DNA of 64,000 bases from Dehalococcoidia bacterium (lineage in GTDB: Bacteria; Chloroflexota; Dehalococcoidia; Bin125): positions 972,806 through 1,036,805 of the forward strand of contig CBDCPP010000001.1 of assembly GCA_965220315.1 (NCBI GenBank), given 5' to 3'. The position numbers and the translations under genes are program-made. A model generated the notes under the pieces. The model was given only the letters and a program-made list of their open reading frames with translations, was not told where the DNA came from and ran no database searches. Shown piece after piece: positions 58,296 to 64,000 of the stretch (the stretch's first letter is position 1; each line of letters opens with the position of its first letter).

Positions 58296-60608
58296 CTAGC
58301 CGGGATCCAGCGGCCGGTCGAAGTTCGCCCGCAGGAAATTCACTAGGTCCCAGCGATCCTGCTCGCTTAGCTCCCCGCTCCAGGCTGGCATTCCCGTGCC
58401 GCGAATCCCGTCGCTGATCCACGTGAACAACACGCCGTCGGAGTGGAACGGCACATGCACGCGGAAGTTGGCCGGCGGTGCGGGCAACGTGCCCGCCAGT
58501 GGCCCATCCCCCAACCCGTCCTCGCCGTGACATTGCGCGCAGTTCGTCACGAATAGCGCCGCGCCATTCGCGACGGATTCCGCGGTCCGCTCCACCGGGT
58601 TCTCCCGCGTCCGTCCCGGCTCTACTTCCAAGCCCCAGAGCATCACTACTGCCGCCGCCATGCACAGGACACCCGCCGCCAGCGACAGATCGCCCGTGCG
58701 TGGCGATACGTGCTTGCGCAGCGGCGCCCGGTAGGCGATCAGGAGACCGGCTCCTACCGCCGCCCACAGCGCCGCGATCCCGTCCCAATCGAATTGCGTG
58801 ATCGGCAGGCTCAGCGCTTCTGGCTGTGCCTGCCCGAATGGAAGCACTTCGATGAACCCTTGCTCGACGTTGGTCGTGATCCCGCCGATCACATCGTCCG
58901 AGCGTTCGCGCCGCACTTCGATATCGACATCCCAAGCACCGGCCAGCCCGAAGAAGGCGCCCTCGATGACGTAGCGGCCACCCTCCGGCTCCGCGGGTAT
59001 GACCACTGGACCCACGCTAGGGTCCTTGTAACGGAAATGGAGCCGGACTTCCGTGACCGGGTCGGCCTGCCTGCCGTTGTTCTCTTCGAGCTGCACTTCG
59101 TAGCGGTTCACTCCCACAAGATTTGGTTCGATCGTCAACTGCGCCGTCAGGTCATTCAGCCTGACCGTCTCATTGATCGCGCGCTCCTTCTGGACCGCAC
59201 CTACCGCCGGCAACTCGCTCCGAGCCGATGGCAGTTGCGTCAGCGCGGCTGTTGCCGCGAGCACCGCCAGCGCCAATCCCAGCTCCATCCGCATCAGCAT
59301 CCGGAAGCGGCGCTCCCCTCGCGAAGTCTCGTGCCCCTCGGTTCCCGCTCGCTGTGAGCGGGGGCGTAACACCAGTGCGTTCGCCGCCGCCGCCGTGAAT
59401 AGGAGCGCCAGTAATCCCAACTTGACAAGCATCGCCAAGCCCCAAGACGTGTTGATGAAGCCGTGTAAGACCGGTACTGCGGCCAGCAGGCTGAGTACGC
59501 CCGCGGCGATCAGGATCGGTACGCAACCCGCCGCCGCCCAAGAGAAGCGGCGTATGGCTTCGATCTGGAACGTGCGCCGCTGCCGTTGCTCTGCGACTCG
59601 CCGTGTAGCCCACAGCGTCCACACCAGTGCCGCGAGCATCCCGATCCACATAGCTGCGGCTGCCAGGTGCACCGCGTCGAACAACGTGGCCCAAATCCAA
59701 CCTTGATCCAGCGCCGCGCCATGGCTCACGCTTGCGAAGCTTGCGATCAGTCCCGCGCCCAAGATCACGAGCGTGAGCAGCGCCTCTCGCGATGCCCGCA
59801 GTGCTGGCCGCCACTGCACCGTGAGCAACAGCGCCGCCGTCATGATTAGGAGCAGCCAGCGGATCAGCAGCCACAGCCCGTTGCGTGTGTCGAACAACGC
59901 CTCGTCCAGGAATGCCAGTCCGCCTAGCCGCAGCGCGGCGGAGGCTGCGTCGTAACCTGTCGTGCAGATCAGAAGTACGGTTGCGACGGTTGCTCCCTCC
60001 CAGGCGTAGTTCAGCGCCGCTCCCGCGAAGCGCGGCCCGGCTCCGCTTACCAGGCGCGCGGCCGGGCGTGCTGCCCACAATGCGAACAGCGCGCCGCCCA
60101 CCAACCCGATGAGGGCCATGAAGCTGAACCACTTCACCGCCGCATCTGCTCCCGCCGGCGGTCCGGGCCGTGAGAGATCCGGCGCGAAGGCTGCCCCGGC
60201 TGGCGCGCTTCCGTCGGGGTTCAGCACCGTGAACGCGAAGGACCCCGTCCACGTATGTCCGTCTACCTCGGATAACGTCCGCCAGGCGACGGTGTAAATT
60301 CCCGGATCGAGCCGCTCGACCCTTGTGCTCATCTGCGTTGCATCCTCCGGGTTGAACAGCACTCCGCCTCGGTCCACTCGCCGTCCCAGACTGTCGAGCA
60401 CCTCTATTCCCGAGAAATCCCGCTGGAGCGGCTCTGTCATGATCAGGTTCACGATCCGTGGGGACTCCTGCAGCGTGGCGTTGATCGGCGGATCCGAGCG
60501 CTTCAGCAACGCATGCCCAGCAACTGGATCCGTTGAGAGCAGGAGCCAGACAATGACGCCGCCGAGCAGCGCCAACGCAAAGAGCGCACGGAGAGCGCGG
60601 GCGGTCAC
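58296..60608 (-). CDS. multidomain copper-handling protein: signal peptide, CopC domain, CopD (8-TM) domain, YtkA/FixH-like domain, C-terminal mono-haem cytochrome c
   Basis: HALLKRSDPP...YTVAWRTLSEVDGH (CopC fold starting at mature His1), then CopD-type TM region, then CAQCHGEDGLGDGPL...M (CxxCH haem c site). GTG 60608 overlaps the stop of the upstream gene (GTGA). The ORF-track start 60932 adds an implausible Arg/His-rich 108-aa leader. Confidence 0.78.
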   Translation of the reverse strand: MTARALRALFALALLGGVIVWLLLSTDPVAGHALLKRSDPPINATLQESPRIVNLIMTEPLQRDFSGIEVLDSLGRRVDRGGVLFNPEDATQMSTRVERLDPGIYTVAWRTLSEVDGHTWTGSFAFTVLNPDGSAPAGAAFAPDLSRPGPPAGADAAVKWFSFMALIGLVGGALFALWAARPAARLVSGAGPRFAGAALNYAWEGATVATVLLICTTGYDAASAALRLGGLAFLDEALFDTRNGLWLLIRWLLLIMTAALLLTVQWRPALRASREALLTLVILGAGLIASFASVSHGAALDQGWIWATLFDAVHLAAAAMWIGMLAALVWTLWATRRVAEQRQRRTFQIEAIRRFSWAAAGCVPILIAAGVLSLLAAVPVLHGFINTSWGLAMLVKLGLLALLFTAAAANALVLRPRSQRAGTEGHETSRGERRFRMLMRMELGLALAVLAATAALTQLPSARSELPAVGAVQKERAINETVRLNDLTAQLTIEPNLVGVNRYEVQLEENNGRQADPVTEVRLHFRYKDPSVGPVVIPAEPEGGRYVIEGAFFGLAGAWDVDIEVRRERSDDVIGGITTNVEQGFIEVLPFGQAQPEALSLPITQFDWDGIAALWAAVGAGLLIAYRAPLRKHVSPRTGDLSLAAGVLCMAAAVVMLWGLEVEPGRTRENPVERTAESVANGAALFVTNCAQCHGEDGLGDGPLAGTLPAPPANFRVHVPFHSDGVLFTWISDGIRGTGMPAWSGELSEQDRWDLVNFLRANFDRPLDPG

Positions 60609-61654
60609 GGTGCTTCGGCCAGCTCCGCCGGGAACGCTCCGTACCAGTCGTGCGTACCGTGGAGTTCGCCCGGCACGATGATCGTGCGCGTCGTGCGCGT
60701 GTTCACCTCGGTTAGGTATATGCCGAACGTCCCGCGCAGGAGGATGTGCCGCCCGTTTTGAGACCAAGCGAAGTCCGGTTGATCCTCCTCCACGGTCGTG
60801 AGCCGGTTCAGCCCGCTGCCATCCGGCCGGATCAGCCAGATATCCTGTACGCCGTTGCTGCGGTTGAGCGCTGAAGGTATGGGCCGACTCGACACCAAGC
60901 GCCCATCTCCCGATGCCGCTACCGCGATCCATTCGCCATTGGGCGAGAACTGGGGCAGGCGAAACACGGCCAGACCATCGCTTAATGCAAGGAGCTGCGT
61001 CCGCTCGCCCGTTTTCAAGTTCAGCACCGATAGTTTGTGATCCAACGCGGGATCGTCGACGAAGACCAACAGATTCCCGTCGGGCGAGAGCGCCGGGTCT
61101 CGCGCGTTCTTCACCAGGATCTCGACCTCGCTCGTTGCGAGGTTGATCCGCTCAACGTTGATCTGAAAAGCGCGTTCCTCATCGTCTGGCTGATTCAGTT
61201 GGTGTGCGTAGACTAGTGATCCCTGATCGGGTGCCCACTGCGGCGTCCACACAAACGCTCCCGTAGCTCTAGGCGTGACAACGACGCGGCTCTCGCCTGT
61301 CAGGTCGGCTACTCGAATGTCGCTGAGCACCGTTGCGGTCTCGCTTCCGGCGAAAATCGCGAAGCGTACATAGGCCACCTCTTGACCGTCGGGCGAGATC
61401 CGCGGTGACACGTACGAGACGTTCAAGCTGGGCGCGACCACCAGTTTCCGTAGATCGCCGTTCTGTTCCAATTGGAGGTTGCCTCCGACCGAATAGACGG
61501 TGAGCCCCGGTATGCCGAGCGCTTTGCTCTCGTCCGCGGCCAGACTCTGCGAGGAAGACAGATCGCCCTGATCGATCGCCGGCGCGTCGTCTCCGCAAGC
61601 GACGGTCATCGCTCCAGCTACGAACAGTGACGCCGCTGCGAGGAGAGCCCTCAC
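60605..61654 (-). CDS. TolB-like periplasmic beta-propeller lipoprotein (PD40 repeats)
   Basis: Lipoprotein signal ...FVAGAMTVAC. Repeated SPDG/SPNG blades (YVSPRISPDGQEVAYV, SPDGNLLVFV, SPNGEWIAVA, SQNGRHILLR). Confidence 0.75.
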   Translation of the reverse strand: MRALLAAASLFVAGAMTVACGDDAPAIDQGDLSSSQSLAADESKALGIPGLTVYSVGGNLQLEQNGDLRKLVVAPSLNVSYVSPRISPDGQEVAYVRFAIFAGSETATVLSDIRVADLTGESRVVVTPRATGAFVWTPQWAPDQGSLVYAHQLNQPDDEERAFQINVERINLATSEVEILVKNARDPALSPDGNLLVFVDDPALDHKLSVLNLKTGERTQLLALSDGLAVFRLPQFSPNGEWIAVAASGDGRLVSSRPIPSALNRSNGVQDIWLIRPDGSGLNRLTTVEEDQPDFAWSQNGRHILLRGTFGIYLTEVNTRTTRTIIVPGELHGTHDWYGAFPAELAEAP

Positions 61655-62325
61655 GACCTCTTATTCCTCCCAGCCTTGGCTATCCGCCCCCCGACAAGCC
61701 CTGCCACTGCTATTACGCTCACTATCGCTAGCGCGATCGGACCCGCACCGATCCCGCCGTCATCTAGCTCCTCGGCCAGCGGGAGCGTGACGGGATCGAT
61801 GGTATCTGCCTCCGCACCTTCGGCTTGCTTGAGATTAGGTTCGTCACCCGGGAACGGGATCAAGAGTTCTTCGGCGAGAACGCGATCGTTCGCCTCGTCG
61901 GCAACGGCGGGAATCGATGCGACATAAAATGGGTACCGGCCCGAGTCGTCGTCTCCGTCTTCTGCGGAGAGGTTGGTCCATTCGACTACGTAGCGACCCG
62001 GTGGGAGCGGTTCCGTGACTTCGGCGAAGAGATGCTGGCGGTCGGCGCTGTCGATCAGCGCTTCGCTCAAGAGCCTTGCGGCGCCGGTGGAGTCCAGCAA
62101 TCGGATCCTGTTCGCTCCCTGGCGTCGGAACAGTTGCTGGCTGAACCAGAGATCGATTCGATCCGGGGCCTTCGTTAGTTCGGCGGCGAATGCGGGCTCG
62201 GAGCGAACGTAGCTCGCGTGCGCCTCGGTCTGACTGGGCCACAGGATTCCGGCGATCACGCCTGCGGTAGCGGCGATGCTGAGAAGGAGCCGGGCCAGGA
62301 CCGGAGCGAAGCCGCCTCCGGCCAT
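61651..62325 (-). CDS. CopC-like periplasmic copper-binding protein with C-terminal TM anchor
   Basis: Signal peptide then HASYVRSEPAFAAEL...RIDLWFSQQL...GRYVVEWTNLSAEDGDDDSGRYPFYV (CopC beta-sandwich pattern with N-terminal His). Stop overlaps the TolB-like start. Start taken at internal ATG (MAGGGF...). Confidence 0.7.
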   Translation of the reverse strand: MAGGGFAPVLARLLLSIAATAGVIAGILWPSQTEAHASYVRSEPAFAAELTKAPDRIDLWFSQQLFRRQGANRIRLLDSTGAARLLSEALIDSADRQHLFAEVTEPLPPGRYVVEWTNLSAEDGDDDSGRYPFYVASIPAVADEANDRVLAEELLIPFPGDEPNLKQAEGAEADTIDPVTLPLAEELDDGGIGAGPIALAIVSVIAVAGLVGGRIAKAGRNKRS

Positions 62326-62341
62326 GGCCCGGCCGGATTGG

Positions 62342-63001
62342 CTATTCGTGTTTGCTCTCCCCATGCTCGCTGCTCTGCTCATCACCGGAGTTGTAATGGC
62401 CGCTTTCCTCTCCGTACTCGTCCGCCATGCGGTCGCTCCCCATATCGTGCTCCTCGGCGGTCTGTTCAGAACGCTGGGAGGCTTGGTGATCGTGCATGGG
62501 CTCTGTCGAATTGCTGATCTCAGGTGGTGGCGGCACCGCTTCTCCCCTCAAGAAGGCGTTCACCGCCTCTTCGAAGGCATGGGCATGGGCGTGCACCACC
62601 CGCACGGGACGCCCGGCCGCTTGAGCGTCGTCGTTCAGGATCGGGCCTTCCAGGGTCTGAAGCGCGGTGAGGAACCCTGCTACGTGTGCATTTAGATCGG
62701 TCGGCCAGATCGGCGCCTGCAGTGTGCTGATGGCACGAGTCACAATCCCAGGATGGGTGGCGTGGATCATGGCCTCGTTATTGATCAGATCGTCCATTGA
62801 GTGAAACTGCGCCACTTGGAGCACCGGCAGCGATGCCACCAAGAGTGCTCGGTCCGATGTCTCGCCCGCGCGCTCCAGCAGGCTGCGCAGCTCAACCACC
62901 TCCTGTTGCAGCGTCTCGAACTCCGATCTACTCACCTCGCCGCCGCCACAGGCTGCAGCCAGTGCAGCCATCGTGGCCAGCGTTCCGTAAGTCAGCAGCA
63001 T
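62342..63001 (-). CDS. His/acidic-rich lipoprotein (putative periplasmic metal-binding protein)
   Basis: Lipobox ...MAALAAACGG. HAHAHAFEE and C-terminal EHDMGSDRMADEYGEESGHYNSGDEQSSEHGESKHE tail. Same strand and operon as the cop genes. Confidence 0.5.
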   Translation of the reverse strand: MLLTYGTLATMAALAAACGGGEVSRSEFETLQQEVVELRSLLERAGETSDRALLVASLPVLQVAQFHSMDDLINNEAMIHATHPGIVTRAISTLQAPIWPTDLNAHVAGFLTALQTLEGPILNDDAQAAGRPVRVVHAHAHAFEEAVNAFLRGEAVPPPPEISNSTEPMHDHQASQRSEQTAEEHDMGSDRMADEYGEESGHYNSGDEQSSEHGESKHE

Positions 63002-63141
63002 CAGCCGTTTCCGCAACCTCGATCTAGACGGAAACGATCCCACGAGCGAACACTCCTTTATTTTATGTGACATAAAGTTTTGCAGATGAGTCAGGATTAG
63101 GGTGCGGCTGGGACGGCCGCACCACTAGGCGAGTGAAGGAG

Positions 63142-63549
63142 CTATCGCGGCGGGGGCGTCGCAGGCCGGACCGCTGGCTGCTCGGTCCAGCGTTTCGCAG
63201 AGGCGATCGTTACCAGCACCGGCGCTGGCAGCTCAGGGGTCGGGGCGGTCACGTCAAGGATCAGTGGCACCGCGCCGGATCCCAAGCCACCGCTGTCGCC
63301 GTGGCCGTGCGCGCTGTGACTGGCCGTTGTTGGGCCGTGTGCGACAGTTGAGTCGTTGGCTTTGGGACTATGACTGGCGTGTCGGCTGACGGACTCCCCC
63401 GCATCGAAGATGGTGGGAGATGGTAGGTGGTCCAGATAGGACAGTGCTGGTAGCCAGGCGAGCAGCAGGATCGTCGCGATCCAGGCAGGCCGCCCCAGCA
63501 AGCGAGATTGGGCACAGGGAAAGGCTCGAGGCGGGAGCGTGGCTGCCAT
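63142..63549 (-). CDS. small membrane protein with His-rich motif (SHSAHGHGDSGG)
   Basis: 135 aa. One N-terminal TM helix (WIATILLLAWLPALSYL) then His-rich low-complexity region. First gene of the minus-strand copper cluster. Confidence 0.4.
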   Translation of the reverse strand: MAATLPPRAFPCAQSRLLGRPAWIATILLLAWLPALSYLDHLPSPTIFDAGESVSRHASHSPKANDSTVAHGPTTASHSAHGHGDSGGLGSGAVPLILDVTAPTPELPAPVLVTIASAKRWTEQPAVRPATPPPR

Positions 63550-63820
63550 GCCGAGAAGCGTACACTCCTACGATTCAGGCATGCCTGGTGATGGATTAAG
63601 GGCGGTTCCGTCGCGCTAGCTAGCCGTCCGGAACGCGCCGTACCCCGCAGCCGCTCAACAACTCCGAGGACCTCAGTGCGATCCAGTTCGCTATTTTGAA
63701 GGTGTTAGGTGCCACAGCCCCGGCGCTTGGAGCGGGATAGCGCCAGAGCTGGGCCTCGGGGGCGTGCCACCATCGCCCGGCCGGGATGCAATCCCAGCCG
63801 GGCCAAGCGGCTGGGTTTTC

Positions 63821-64000
63821 CTACTGAACGCCGTACAGGTCCTCGAGGGTGGCGTCCTCGGGGGCGCCTGGGAAGACGGATCCGGTGACGCGGTTGGCGA
63901 CGCGGCTGCGGATGGCGGCGTAGAAGCTATCGGGCAGCTGGATATAGCCCACCTCGGGAGAGCTGATGATTGGTCGACCCTCGCTGAGGTAGTAGTTCAC
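63821..64000 (-). CDS. 3' end of an unidentified gene (5' part outside window)
   Basis: Open minus-strand frame to the window edge: ...VNYYLSEGRPIISSPEVGYIQLPDSFYAAIRSRVANRVTGSVFPGAPEDATLEDLYGVQ*. Confidence 0.3.
   Translation of the reverse strand: MNYYLSEGRPIISSPEVGYIQLPDSFYAAIRSRVANRVTGSVFPGAPEDATLEDLYGVQ

Noticed and set aside
60609-60932. 108-aa N-terminal extension of the CopC-CopD fusion in the ORF track
   Set aside because: The extension is Arg/His/Gly-rich, precedes the real signal peptide, and overlaps the TolB-like gene. GTG 60608 gives a standard signal peptide and a GTGA overlap.

Overview
High-GC (about 65-70%) bacterial chromosome segment. The gene content resembles Chloroflexi/Thermomicrobia-type genomes, but that is inference only. 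Most of the window is core housekeeping. Genes identified: aroB (partial), acyP, moeA, pheS-pheT, a thrS-(accC+BCCP)-infC-rpmI-rplT cluster, MMPL transporter, amino-acid ABC substrate-binding protein, lepA, rsmA(ksgA)-ispE, DinG-type helicase with an exonuclease domain, GNAT acetyltransferase, CCA-adding enzyme, rnc-smc-ftsY, a nuoE/nuoF-like pair, mutS-mutL, malate synthase. The accessory part lies between about 17.1 and 31.1 kb. It holds a divergent tRNA-Val/tRNA-Lys pair and a roughly 7.3 kb integrative element inserted at the 3' end of tRNA-Lys (element A, 18139..25486). Element A carries a frameshifted tyrosine integrase, a DEAD-box RNA helicase, small unknown proteins and a secreted ankyrin-repeat protein with very recent internal tandem duplications. 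A second, degenerate copy of the tRNA-Lys 3' half follows a roughly 0.8 kb remnant that holds a truncated paralogue of an element-A gene, which indicates a tandem array of elements. Next come tRNA-Leu, a DMT transporter, an unrecognised 267-aa protein and a SulP/STAS transporter. The SulP reading frame is broken by a third copy of a 7-bp tandem repeat. A roughly 1.1 kb stretch with no convincing gene follows. The 3' end of the window carries a copper-homeostasis operon on the minus strand: two His-rich small proteins, a CopC-like protein, a TolB-like beta-propeller, and a CopC-CopD-YtkA-like-cytochrome c fusion. No CRISPR array, rRNA or transposase was found. The ORF track contains many long antisense or alternative-frame ORFs that are GC-driven artefacts.
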